The translations under genes were made by a program, and so were the position numbers. The notes under the pieces were generated by a model. It made no database searches. It was given only the letters and a program-made list of their open reading frames with translations, and had not been told where the DNA came from. Below are positions 51,975-61,524 of a DNA stretch of 64,000 bases, one piece after another (position 1 is the stretch's first letter; each line of letters starts with the position of its first letter). This stretch comes from Myxococcota bacterium (GTDB lineage: Bacteria; Myxococcota_A; Bradymonadia; UBA7976; UBA1532), in the NCBI GenBank assembly GCA_036337435.1, contig JAYZEG010000058.1:128001-192000 (forward strand). Direction: 5' to 3'.

Positions 51975-54110
51975 TTAAAGCAGTGGTGCGATGACCAATG
52001 CGATGACACTCATGAGCTTAACCAAGATGTTCAAGGAGGGACCAGCCGTATCCTTGAATGGGTCACCGACAGTATCGCCAACAACGGCAGCGTCATGCGG
52101 TGGTGTACCCTTTTCCAAAATTTCACCTGTCGAGGTCTTGAAACCGCCTCCCTCGAAAGACTTCTTGGCATTGTCCCAAGCACCGCCTGCGTTTGACATG
52201 AAAATGGCCATCAGGACACCACAGACGGTGACGCCTGCGAGCAAACCGCCCAATGCGTACTTGTCGACACCAAAGCCGATTGCCACCGGTGCGATCACAG
52301 CGATCATGCCGGGCAAAACCATTTCCTTAATGGCTGCATTGGTTGAGATGGCAACACAAGTCGCTGAATCAGGATCTGCCTCGCCCTCTTTAAGTCCGGG
52401 AATCTCACGGAATTGGCGTCGTACTTCTTCGATCATGTCCATTGCGGCATTACCAACCGCCTTCATGGCCAGCGACGAGAATAAGAAAGGTAACATACCA
52501 CCGATGAAAATACCGGCCATGACCTTCGGTTCTGTCAGGTCGATAGACTCGATTCCTGCTGTCAGCTTGAAGGCAGCAAACAGCGCAAGGGCTGTCATTG
52601 CCGCACTTGCAATGGCAAAACCTTTACCGATTGCAGCCGTCGTGTTCCCTACAGCATCGAGCTTATCTGTTCGTTCGCGGACGATAGGCTCTTGATGTGA
52701 CATTTCCGCAATACCACCGGCGTTATCGGCAATCGGTCCATAGGCGTCTACCGCCAATTGAATGCCGGTGGTCGACAACATACCCAATGCAGCGATCGCA
52801 ACGCCGTACAGACCGGCAACTGCATGAGTCGACATCACGCCGACTGCGATGAGAATCATCGGTACCGCCGTCGATTCCATTCCAACTGCAAGGCCCGCGA
52901 TGATGTTTGTTGCCTCACCCGTTTTTGACTGTTCAGCGATACTATTGACGGGCTTTTTACCCATGGAGCAGTAGTACGATGTGATCATACCAACGAAGAC
53001 ACCAATGGCGAGCCCGATGACTGTCGCCGTTCCAATCTGCCACCAAACCACAGTCTTTCCTGCAGCAACAAGACCCTCGGCCGGCCACATGACGTTTGCG
53101 ATGCCAAAAGTAGCACCGGCCATAACGAAGGCTGCGCCAAAAGCACCAAAATCGAGTGCATGCTGAATTTTCGTGGTGTCGGCATCATCGCTTGCACGCA
53201 CAAAGAACGTACCGACAATCGAACAGATAATACCGCATGCAGCGATGACCAATGGCAGGAGAACAGGAATCACGCTGAGCTCGCCCTTACCAGATGCAAC
53301 GACTGTCGTGAAACCGAGAGCGAGGACCATCGTACCGATAATGGCACCGACGTAGGATTCAAACAGGTCAGCACCCATGCCGGCAACATCACCCACATTG
53401 TCGCCAACATTGTCAGCGATGACCGCCGGGTTGTTGGGACTGTCTTCTGGAAGACCTTGCTCCACTTTACCGACTAGGTCAGCACCCACGTCAGCCGCCT
53501 TCGTGTAGATACCGCCACCGACGCGTGCGAAGAGTGCGATTGACGATGCACCCATGGAGAATCCAGCGAGGACGTTCAGTGTTGTCTTCATGCCGGCTTC
53601 CTTGACTGTCGCAGCCAATCCTGTGCCGCTAACGGCATCAAACATACCTGTATAAACGAGGTAGAGAACACCAAGACCAACAAGCGCGAGGCCGACAACA
53701 GACATGCCCATGACCGTCCCGCCATTAAACGCAACCTTGAGTGCCGCGGGTAGACTCTTCGCTGCTGCCGCCGTCGTCCGAACGTTTGCCTTCGTCGCAA
53801 CGTTCATACCGACCCAGCCCGCTAGACCACTGGCGATAGCACCGATGACAAACGAGAGTGCAATAATCGGACTCTGGTTGTCTCCACTGGAGTTTGCCCA
53901 AGCGAGAAGTCCAGCGACGACGATCACGAAGAGGGCCAGAACTTTATATTCTGCCTTCAAAAAGGCCATCGCTCCGTCTTGAATGCTGGCGGCAATGCGC
54001 TTCATGTTGTCGCTGCCAGCGTCTTCTTTACTGACGCTTGATGCCTTTATAAAGGCAAAAACCAGCGCGAGCGCACCAGCGGCTGGAGCGCCGTAGATCA
54101 GATATTCCAT
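51975..54110 (-). CDS. hppA: Membrane pyrophosphatase, K+-dependent, probably Na+-translocating
   Basis: [41 protein letters not shown] and [11 protein letters not shown]. Start placed at MEYL after GGAG. Confidence 0.96.
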   Translation of the reverse strand: MEYLIYGAPAAGALALVFAFIKASSVSKEDAGSDNMKRIAASIQDGAMAFLKAEYKVLALFVIVVAGLLAWANSSGDNQSPIIALSFVIGAIASGLAGWVGMNVATKANVRTTAAAAKSLPAALKVAFNGGTVMGMSVVGLALVGLGVLYLVYTGMFDAVSGTGLAATVKEAGMKTTLNVLAGFSMGASSIALFARVGGGIYTKAADVGADLVGKVEQGLPEDSPNNPAVIADNVGDNVGDVAGMGADLFESYVGAIIGTMVLALGFTTVVASGKGELSVIPVLLPLVIAACGIICSIVGTFFVRASDDADTTKIQHALDFGAFGAAFVMAGATFGIANVMWPAEGLVAAGKTVVWWQIGTATVIGLAIGVFVGMITSYYCSMGKKPVNSIAEQSKTGEATNIIAGLAVGMESTAVPMILIAVGVMSTHAVAGLYGVAIAALGMLSTTGIQLAVDAYGPIADNAGGIAEMSHQEPIVRERTDKLDAVGNTTAAIGKGFAIASAAMTALALFAAFKLTAGIESIDLTEPKVMAGIFIGGMLPFLFSSLAMKAVGNAAMDMIEEVRRQFREIPGLKEGEADPDSATCVAISTNAAIKEMVLPGMIAVIAPVAIGFGVDKYALGGLLAGVTVCGVLMAIFMSNAGGAWDNAKKSFEGGGFKTSTGEILEKGTPPHDAAVVGDTVGDPFKDTAGPSLNILVKLMSVIALVIAPLL

Positions 54111-54252
54111 TTGAATCTCCTGCCCACCTACTTGGGCCGAAATGTTGTCTTTACTTCTGATGTCACGACCAATGAACATCTATTTTCTGTAAATTAGTAT
54201 CGGTGACCCGGTCGCGGCCGCCCTTGTTTTCTTTTAGTCGCCCTGGGTCAAA

Positions 54253-54822
54253 TTACGTCCCATTGACATGATTCATCGCACCCCGAGTTCCATCTAACAC
54301 CGCCGATTCAACAGCCTGACTTCCTCGGTCAATAAAATCACCCAGCCAGTCTTTTTCGTCTCCCGCCGAAAACTGGGCTAATACGTAGTTGGACACGCTG
54401 CCTTTCTGGGGCCGCCCAATACCCATTCGAAGCCGATGGTATTGATTTGAGCCCAATTCACCATGGATTGAACGCAATCCATTGTGGCCCGCATGTCCAC
54501 CACCCACCTTGAGCCGAATGGTCCCGAAAGCCAAGTCGAGCTCATCATGAATCACCAAAATGTCTTCAACCAGTACATCGAAGTACCGACTCATCGGAGC
54601 AACGCAGCGACCACTCAAATTCATGAATGTCTCAGGTTTTACTAAAACGACCGAATGGCCGCCGATGGACCCAGTACCGTAATGGCCATTGAACTTGCGC
54701 CGTGTCATGCCAATCCCTGCACGATTCGCCAACTCATCAATCAACATAAAGCCTACGTTATGACGAGTAGCGACGTATTTAGTGCCTGGATTTCCAAGGC
54801 CGACAATCAATCTCCGTGACAT
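54253..54822 (-). CDS. pth: Peptidyl-tRNA hydrolase
   Basis: GLGNPG..Y..TRHNVGF, KPETFMNLSG, HDELD and GGHAGHNG. Confidence 0.98.
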   Translation of the reverse strand: MSRRLIVGLGNPGTKYVATRHNVGFMLIDELANRAGIGMTRRKFNGHYGTGSIGGHSVVLVKPETFMNLSGRCVAPMSRYFDVLVEDILVIHDELDLAFGTIRLKVGGGHAGHNGLRSIHGELGSNQYHRLRMGIGRPQKGSVSNYVLAQFSAGDEKDWLGDFIDRGSQAVESAVLDGTRGAMNHVNGT

Positions 54823-54888
54823 TCTAAATTCGCTTCCGAACGTCTCTTAGTGATGAGAAATCGAACGCCAGCCGTCAAAGGCTCCCGA

Positions 54889-55500
54889 TTACCCTTCGTC
54901 AGAACCAGCCGCTTGCACTTGACCTGTGTCTTCTTGTTTACCGCGAGGCTTCAGAACCTTCGCAATCACAAAATCCCGCTCAAACAGAATCGAAGCACCC
55001 TCACCAAGTTCAATTTCACTGGCCATGATGGCATCGCCAATCCCGAGTGTCCCGAGGTCGACGGAAATCTCAGCAGGAATTGCTGCAGGTTTCGCACTGA
55101 CCTTAACCTCTCGGTAAGGTGTTCGGAGTCGACCACCCAAACCTACGCCGGGTGACTTACCTGAAAAGTTCACATCGACTGTCGCGACCAAATCGGCATC
55201 TGGATTTGGCGAGACAAGGTCTACGTGCAGAATCCGACGACTGACTGAATCTCGTTGAATTTCCCGAACGAGGACAGTGTGGTTTTCGGTGCCGTCGATA
55301 GAAAAGGAAAATAGGGCGTTGGCGCCTTTTGGATTTTCCAAACATTTGCCCAACTCACGAGGGTCAAGAGTCACAGACTTTGTCTCTGCGACACCGTGTC
55401 CATAAAGGGTTGCTGGAATTTTTCCACTCGCCCTTAATCTACGGTTAGACCCTTTTCCGGAGGTGGTTCTTAGAGTCCCTGTCAATGGTAAGGTTTCCAT
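54889..55500 (-). CDS. rplY: 50S ribosomal protein L25 / general stress protein Ctc
   Basis: GKG.NRRLR..GKIPATLYG, ILHVDL and a C-terminal Ctc domain. Confidence 0.95.
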   Translation of the reverse strand: METLPLTGTLRTTSGKGSNRRLRASGKIPATLYGHGVAETKSVTLDPRELGKCLENPKGANALFSFSIDGTENHTVLVREIQRDSVSRRILHVDLVSPNPDADLVATVDVNFSGKSPGVGLGGRLRTPYREVKVSAKPAAIPAEISVDLGTLGIGDAIMASEIELGEGASILFERDFVIAKVLKPRGKQEDTGQVQAAGSDEG

Positions 55501-55533
55501 ACTTTGCGTCCTTACAATACCTGCTCAACACGC

Positions 55534-56472
55534 CTATTCATCGAATAAACTGCTGACCGAATCGAAATCATGTATTCGCCTAATCGCTTCGCCTAAAATA
55601 TCAGCGACCGATAACACGCGAATCTTAGGACATGCCCGACCCGCGCTGCTGAGCGGGACAGTGTCCGAAACTATCACTTCTTCTAAACAACTCTCCGAAA
55701 TCCTTGCGATGGCAGGTCCAGAGAGCACGGGATGTGTTGCACAGCTAAACACCCGTCTCGCACCAAAGTTTTTGAGCGCCTCCGCTGCTTGGACCAGAGT
55801 ACCGCCCGTATCGATCATATCGTCGACCACAATCACGTCGCAGTCTTCAACATCACCAACCAGGTTCATTACCTCGGCCACATTTGGACCTGCTCTTCGC
55901 TTATCCACAATCGCAAGCGATGCATTCAGCTTCTTCGCATAGGCGCGAGCCCGCTCGACACCGCCCGCATCGGGACTAACAATCACGGGCCGAACGAGAT
56001 TCAAGGACTTCAAATACTTCATCATCACAGGTGCGGTGTACAAATGATCCACCGGCCCATTGAAGAATCCCTGAATTTGTCCAGCATGAAGCTCCATCGT
56101 GATCAATCTGTTGACACCTGCGGTCGTCAACAGATCCGTGACCAATCGAGCAGATATCGGTGCCCGAGGTGCCGACTTCCGATCTTGGCGAGCATAGCCG
56201 AAGTACGGAATCACCGCAGACACACTGCCTGCTGATGCCCTCTTCAAAGCATCAACCATGATCAGCAGCTCCATAAGGTTTTCATTGACCGGTGCACACG
56301 TGCTCTGAATGAGGTAGACATCAGCCCCTCGAACCGACTCATCGATTTCAACCCGGATTTCGCCATCCGAGAATCGACCGACTCGTGCGCTGCCTAATTG
56401 CAAACCCAGGTAGTCGCAGATTGAGCGCGCTAACTCAGGGTTTGAATTTCCGGCAAATACGCGGACCGACAT
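55534..56472 (-). CDS. prs: Ribose-phosphate pyrophosphokinase
   Basis: FSDGE, PYFGYARQDRK, VSPDAGG and VDDMIDTGGT. True start is ATG 56472; the longer ORF-track start lies inside the tRNA. Confidence 0.98.
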   Translation of the reverse strand: MSVRVFAGNSNPELARSICDYLGLQLGSARVGRFSDGEIRVEIDESVRGADVYLIQSTCAPVNENLMELLIMVDALKRASAGSVSAVIPYFGYARQDRKSAPRAPISARLVTDLLTTAGVNRLITMELHAGQIQGFFNGPVDHLYTAPVMMKYLKSLNLVRPVIVSPDAGGVERARAYAKKLNASLAIVDKRRAGPNVAEVMNLVGDVEDCDVIVVDDMIDTGGTLVQAAEALKNFGARRVFSCATHPVLSGPAIARISESCLEEVIVSDTVPLSSAGRACPKIRVLSVADILGEAIRRIHDFDSVSSLFDE

Positions 56473-56492
56473 GTCGAGCCTCCAAAAAAGTG

Positions 56493-56564
56493 CAGGGGCG
56501 GCAGGATTCGAACCTACGATAGCCTGTACCAAAAACAGGAGTCATACCACTAGACCACGCCCCT
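56493..56564 (-). tRNA. tRNA-Gln(TTG)
   Basis: Cloverleaf folded by hand: acceptor AGGGGCG/CGCCCCT, D arm GTCTAGTGGTATGAC, anticodon arm CCTGT-TTTTGGT-ACAGG, T arm GTAGG-TTCGAAT-CCTGC, discriminator G. CCA is not encoded. Usual position upstream of prs. Confidence 0.96.
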
Positions 56565-56636
56565 ACAGAACCGTAAGCATTCGGAATTATTGCTATAAAA
56601 TAAGCCCGTGTGCTGCGGTCACTGAAAACGAAGGGC

Positions 56637-56665
56637 CATTTACCACGAGTGTTTCAATCTGTCAA
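56637..56665 (-). promoter_or_regulatory. Putative promoter of the tRNA-Gln-prs operon
   Basis: TTGACA-N17-TAAATG with TG just upstream of the -10. Confidence 0.45.
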
Positions 56666-56770
56666 TGCTAGCTCATCACTATCTGCATTCTCTATTGTAG
56701 CGTTAATGCACCCAACGTGAGATGAGTAGTGAGGCGACGAATCAGAATGAATGATCCTAAGCAAGTGTAG

Positions 56771-58774
56771 ATGAAACCTGTTCAAGACATCAAAAACATA
56801 GGACTTCTGGTCTGCGTTTATCTGGTTAGCTTCGTCATCATAGTGATTGGTGTTGCCCCAGGCCTGACGTGGCTCGATGCAGGCGAATTAACAGCTGCAA
56901 GTAGCGAACTCGGGATTTCTCACCCCCCAGGCATGCCAGTCTTCGCCATGTTGCATAAAGGAATTATGGCCCTATTTCCATTCGGTGACGCTGCATTTCG
57001 AGGGAATCTTGCGTCGGCGATGCTTGGCGCGGCCAGCTGCTGTCTGATGTTTCGAATTTCATTACGACTGGGTGTCCGAGCCATCGCGGCTGGGGTTGGA
57101 AGTTTACTCGCCATTCTCTCACCGCTCTTCCTCATTCATGCAACAGCAGTCGAAGTGTACACAGGGCTGTTATTGATTACGCTCGCAGCAATGGACCTGA
57201 TGATCGTTGGACACCAAAGCAAAGATCACAGGCTTTGGCTTCTACTCGGCGTGATCTTGGGGCTCGGAGTCGCTGGACACCATGCGGAACTGAGGCTAAT
57301 GGCGTTGGCCAGTACGGCTTATTTATGCACACAAGTTAAATCAAAACGGTTCTGGATTCTCAAAGTGCTGGCCCTTATATCGGGGTCGATAGTGATCTTA
57401 TATTTACCAATACGCTCTCTCCAATCTCCCATGAGAAATTGGGGTGATCCATCAAGCCTGACAACACTTTGGGACCATTTCTGGGGTGCCCGCATCCGTG
57501 TCGCCTACGGAGACCAAATCGGCAACTTGGATTTCGACACGTTGACTCTATTCCTCGAACAATTGGTTCTCAATGCACCACTGCTTGCTGGACTTGGTCT
57601 CGCTGGCTTATTGGTTACGGTACGAAAGAAACATGGGTCGTTCATTGTCGCTGTCTTGGTCATCGACCTGTTCTATTCAATTCTCATCAATCCAATGGGG
57701 GTACGAGACCAACAAAATGGTATTTTGACAGTCGCTTGTCTTGGTATCAGCGCAGCTCTCTTAATTGATTCAATGCTATCGAAATTGAAACACAGCCCGC
57801 TCCTTCGTCCAACGCTCCTTACTGGTATTTGCGTGTCCGGATTGGTTTTTTTCCCAGGCTATCCAAGGGCCGATGACCGCGGACTCGACCAACTCATTGA
57901 AATGACCGCTGACAAAGCACCACCAAGCGCATTGCTTTTTGTGGCCAGCGACCATATGGCGTCGGGCTGGGCATATAAGCAAGTGGTTGAATGCGCTCGT
58001 CCGGATTTGGCTGTGATTGTTCGTCAACATATCGGGTATGAGTCATCCGTTGGCCCAGTCAAGTCACGATTGCCCGAGAGTCTCAGTGGATGGACACCTG
58101 GTGGAAAACTCAAGGATCTAGACCACCTCCGGAGTGGGTGGCCGATTCTATGGGAATGGGCATCTGGACTTGATGCTGCTGCCAGACCCAACCCACTTTT
58201 TCCATCTTTTCCAGTTTTTCAGAATCGCCGAGTCGATGGCGAAAGCTTCGGCAATATGCTCAGGCTTTGGGCGAGACCGCACTTGCAAAGCAGCCAGGTC
58301 GCCATCGATGCCGTCGCACATCTCGCGACGGACTTTGGCGCCTACAGCCTCTCGAAAAAGCAGCACAATGTTGCGCTGGACTATCTCAGGTGGGCAACAG
58401 AACTGGGACCATTGGTGCCGTCGAGATGGACAAATTTAGGGGTCGCACTCAATTCGATGGACCAGATTCAAAGTGCCATTGATGTGACGCGTCATGCGCT
58501 CGATATGAACAGGGGCGACAAGACGGCGATTCGCAACCTCGTGCGGTATTTAAGTAGACTCAAAAAATGGGATGAAGCGGAACGACTGGTCGTTCCCCTA
58601 GTGGACGACAACCCGACCGCCACCGATTATGGGCTTCTCGGAGTTATTCGCGCGAATCAAGGTGATCTGATAAATGCCGAAGTCCATTTCGAACGCGCAC
58701 TTAAATTGAATTCGAATCAACCAGAAGCCAAGATTGGTCTGGAGATCATCCGGCGGAAAAAACGCCTAAAATAA
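56771..58774 (+). CDS. DUF2723 (TMEM260-like, GT-C) membrane glycosyltransferase with C-terminal TPRs
   Basis: WLDAGEL......GISHPPGMP, FRGNL.SA, EVY and YLPIRS....NWGDP; many TM helices; TPR tail. Confidence 0.85.
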   Translation: MKPVQDIKNIGLLVCVYLVSFVIIVIGVAPGLTWLDAGELTAASSELGISHPPGMPVFAMLHKGIMALFPFGDAAFRGNLASAMLGAASCCLMFRISLRLGVRAIAAGVGSLLAILSPLFLIHATAVEVYTGLLLITLAAMDLMIVGHQSKDHRLWLLLGVILGLGVAGHHAELRLMALASTAYLCTQVKSKRFWILKVLALISGSIVILYLPIRSLQSPMRNWGDPSSLTTLWDHFWGARIRVAYGDQIGNLDFDTLTLFLEQLVLNAPLLAGLGLAGLLVTVRKKHGSFIVAVLVIDLFYSILINPMGVRDQQNGILTVACLGISAALLIDSMLSKLKHSPLLRPTLLTGICVSGLVFFPGYPRADDRGLDQLIEMTADKAPPSALLFVASDHMASGWAYKQVVECARPDLAVIVRQHIGYESSVGPVKSRLPESLSGWTPGGKLKDLDHLRSGWPILWEWASGLDAAARPNPLFPSFPVFQNRRVDGESFGNMLRLWARPHLQSSQVAIDAVAHLATDFGAYSLSKKQHNVALDYLRWATELGPLVPSRWTNLGVALNSMDQIQSAIDVTRHALDMNRGDKTAIRNLVRYLSRLKKWDEAERLVVPLVDDNPTATDYGLLGVIRANQGDLINAEVHFERALKLNSNQPEAKIGLEIIRRKKRLK

Positions 58775-58806
58775 AAAAAGCCCGAACGCAATGTCCGGGC
58801 TTTTTT
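58774..58806. terminator. Bidirectional intrinsic terminator
   Basis: AAAAAAGCCCG-AACGCAATGTC-CGGGCTTTTTT between the convergent DUF2723 and HU genes. Confidence 0.88.
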
Positions 58807-58837
58807 CCATCCGAAGATGAACTCGCAGTGCGCGCGC

Positions 58838-59122
58838 TTACAGTTTTTCTGTGAGCGTACGCTTCCAACCAGTTGCGACCTTGAAACCAACAGTGTTGCT
58901 TGCTGGAATCGTGATCTTTTCCTTAGTGCTTGGGTTTACACCTTGGCGCTCTGCACGAGCACGGATGTTAAACGTACCAAAACCAGGATAAGTGAACTTA
59001 CCGTCCTTCAAAAGACCAGTGATCTCATTGAAAGTCGTATCGATGATCTCACCCGTAAGCTTACGGCTGAGGTCAAGGTTAGCATTCTCATGAACTGCGT
59101 TGATGAGGTCTTGCTTCTTCAT
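58838..59122 (-). CDS. hup: Histone-like DNA-binding protein HU family (copy 2)
   Basis: MKKQDLI, PGFGTF, RAERQGVNPST and IPA..TVGFK. Confidence 0.93.
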   Translation of the reverse strand: MKKQDLINAVHENANLDLSRKLTGEIIDTTFNEITGLLKDGKFTYPGFGTFNIRARAERQGVNPSTKEKITIPASNTVGFKVATGWKRTLTEKL

Positions 59123-59149
59123 TTTATAATCTCCTCTTCAATCAGTCGA

Positions 59150-59434
59150 TTAGTTAAAAGTGTTCTTCAGGTTCGTCGATGGCTTGAAACCAATAGACGC
59201 TGAAGGACCGATCTGGATCTTAGGCCCGCCGGGGTTTGCAGGGTTGACACCCATGCGCGCGTCGCGAGTCTTGACAGTCCAAGTACCGAATGCTGGATGC
59301 GTGTACTTGTCGCCTGCATTGTTCAACTCGTTGCTGATCGTGTTGAACGTTGCATCAATCACTGTAGAAACCTGCGCTTTTGTCAGGTTTGGATACTTCA
59401 ACGCCACCGCGTCGATAATCTTCTTCTTACTCAT
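59150..59434 (-). CDS. hup: Histone-like DNA-binding protein HU family (copy 1, divergent)
   Basis: AFGTW, RDARMGVNP and GFKPSTNLK. Confidence 0.9.
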   Translation of the reverse strand: MSKKKIIDAVALKYPNLTKAQVSTVIDATFNTISNELNNAGDKYTHPAFGTWTVKTRDARMGVNPANPGGPKIQIGPSASIGFKPSTNLKNTFN

Positions 59435-59492
59435 TACCCTACTTCTCCTACTTTGTATTGAGTTGTAGACAAATGTCCATTTGGGTGGGTGG

Positions 59493-59522
59493 AGAATATC
59501 GACGTATTTTTTTGAGTGTCAA
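59493..59522 (-). promoter_or_regulatory. Putative sigma70 promoter of the HU pair
   Basis: TTGACA-N18-TATTCT, 58 bp upstream of the first HU ATG, preceded by a long AT-rich region. Confidence 0.55.
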
Positions 59523-59772
59523 TGAAGAAATTTCAGATTTTTGATTAACGGATCATCCCGTGTTTATCGGGGTTAGCGGGAGATTCTCATAATTTTGCAT
59601 GTTTTTTTGTTACATCTGGATCAATTTCCAAGGCGAAAAACTGAGCCAAACTAAAATCAGAGAGATCTAAGATGTTGAAAATATTATCTTAAACGATATG
59701 TTCAGTTAAAATCATGCAACACCGAGAAAATTCTTCCGAAAGGTCGAATATAAACCTAATTCCGGTGGGTGG

Positions 59773-60474
59773 ATGCATTCATTTTTTAGTCAAATTTTTT
59801 CTATATTTTTTTCGTCAAATTGCCTGAGTTGTGACGAAAATCTGCGCCATTTTGGGTTTTGTCAGTCGTGCTGGCGTAATTTGGAACCTCGGAGTGGTTA
59901 TCGATGTAAGGTCTGCGACGCGTCCATTAGAGGGCCTGTTTTCAATAGTCGCTGCGGTCAATGTCTTGATAAAGCACCACCCTTCGACAAGGTTCATGGT
60001 TTATTCGACTACTCTGGACCGGTCGGGGATGCCATTCGGCACGGTAAATATAGAGACTGCCCCAGGGCAATCTCGATGGTTGCGAAACTGTGTTCACTGG
60101 CCATACGAGACCGAATTGAAATCGCAACATCAATGACCATCGTGCCCATACCAAGTCATTGGATACGCGTCACTCGACAGCAATTTGAACCAACACTGAT
60201 CATCGCACATACGTTGTCCCGCGAACTAAAGCTGCCTATCAACAAAAGCCTTCTAAAACGAGTCGTGTACACGATGCCTCAAGCGGGCATGAACGCTGTT
60301 GATCGATTAAAGAACATGAACGGAGCATTCAGAGCGACCGGTGAATCACCGAAGAGGGTTTTACTGGTCGACGACGTCTACACCACAGGGGCGACCACAA
60401 AGAGCGCAACACGGACACTTAAACAAGCCGGTGCTCGTGAAGTTCAAATTGTCGCTGCAGCCTATGTCACGTAA
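59773..60474 (+). CDS. comF: ComF family protein (double zinc ribbon plus PRTase domain)
   Basis: Four CxxC pairs, VPIP.H, QAG...DRLKNM.GAF and LLVDDVYTTGAT. Confidence 0.92.
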   Translation: MHSFFSQIFSIFFSSNCLSCDENLRHFGFCQSCWRNLEPRSGYRCKVCDASIRGPVFNSRCGQCLDKAPPFDKVHGLFDYSGPVGDAIRHGKYRDCPRAISMVAKLCSLAIRDRIEIATSMTIVPIPSHWIRVTRQQFEPTLIIAHTLSRELKLPINKSLLKRVVYTMPQAGMNAVDRLKNMNGAFRATGESPKRVLLVDDVYTTGATTKSATRTLKQAGAREVQIVAAAYVT

Positions 60475-61465
60475 GCTTCAGGTGGCCAGTGGCATGAGTC
60501 AACTCTGCAACGATGACCGTAGCGTATGAACCCGATGGCAATTCAAAGGATGTAAATAAATCGTTTCCCTCGATCTCGAGTTGCAAATTTTTGGGTCGAA
60601 TGCGTGCCACTCGCCGACTGCCTTTACCCAAGCGTCCAAGAGTCTCCCAGTCTTTCGCGGCCAAACCAATATCATCGCGCACGGCTGTTTCTCGTTTGGC
60701 CGCATCTGCGAGTGCCATCTTCATTTTGGGCCCATAAATAGGCCCGGTTGGATCGATTTCTAGGTGGTCGAGCCGCAGCTGTTCAATGTCGGGCGTGTCA
60801 GAAGTAAACAGACCACCCGTCTCTGCCTTCTTAAAAATATCTCCGCAAAGTGCTGTGTGAAAAAGTCCATCGTGCACGCGTCGACCTAACCAGATATTAA
60901 ACAGTGCACCTTGAATGACGCTTGCGGAAAATCGGAGATCCCGTTTCTTACGGCGCGAGCGACGACGCAATTGATTCAGGCTGTGATCTGGGCCATCGGC
61001 GTAGATTCCGAATCTCTGATGACCAAAGTAATTGGGGACACCACGCTCAAGACGACCTAGGAGTGCTTGAACGCACTCCTGAGATGTCTCTTTAAGTCCG
61101 GTCATTCTGATTCGAAAGCGGTTCCCCCTCAGGTGTCCTCGTCGTAATTTATGATTGTGTCTGCTGGTCGAAATTAAGCGAATTCGAGTATCGTCAGGTT
61201 CGATTGGCTCGACTGGCAACGATAACCATTGCGATGTCACAGCCCATTTGTCTTTACGTCCTGCCACCCCGATATCACTCGGCGCACAACCAGATGAACT
61301 TGCAAATGCCTTAACCAATTCCGGGGTCGTCATACCGACTTTCCGGACATGAATGTAAATGTGATCGCCGTCGCCAGACGGTTCATAGGCCGGTATTTCA
61401 TCCACAACAAAATCGTCTGGTTCACCTGTTAAATGACCCCCAAGACCAACCAAATCAGATGTCAA
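60467..61465 (-). CDS. truD: tRNA pseudouridine(13) synthase TruD
   Basis: DFVVDEI, AGRKDK.AVTSQW, GNRF.I, GVPNYFG.QRFG and FELPSGSYAT. Start is uncertain. Confidence 0.95.
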   Translation of the reverse strand: MTSDLVGLGGHLTGEPDDFVVDEIPAYEPSGDGDHIYIHVRKVGMTTPELVKAFASSSGCAPSDIGVAGRKDKWAVTSQWLSLPVEPIEPDDTRIRLISTSRHNHKLRRGHLRGNRFRIRMTGLKETSQECVQALLGRLERGVPNYFGHQRFGIYADGPDHSLNQLRRRSRRKKRDLRFSASVIQGALFNIWLGRRVHDGLFHTALCGDIFKKAETGGLFTSDTPDIEQLRLDHLEIDPTGPIYGPKMKMALADAAKRETAVRDDIGLAAKDWETLGRLGKGSRRVARIRPKNLQLEIEGNDLFTSFELPSGSYATVIVAELTHATGHLKLT

Positions 61466-61524
61466 GAAGGGGATATTAGGGGAACCTGGCCTGCAATCCC
61501 CGAAGTATTGCTGTTGGACGGGGT

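Noticed and set aside
51991..52695. 234-aa plus-strand ORF, and similar long ORFs at 24438-25145, 12105-12569, 14642-15109, 40803-41324, 49594-50094 and 55732-56235
   Set aside because: They lie antisense to well-conserved genes (hppA, gyrB, atpD, atpA, the phosphohexomutase, dnaB, prs) and show no recognisable motifs; they are shadow ORFs.
59435..59772. AT-rich intergenic region as an alternative oriC or sRNA locus
   Set aside because: No DnaA boxes or stable structured RNA visible; adequately explained as divergent HU/comF promoters.
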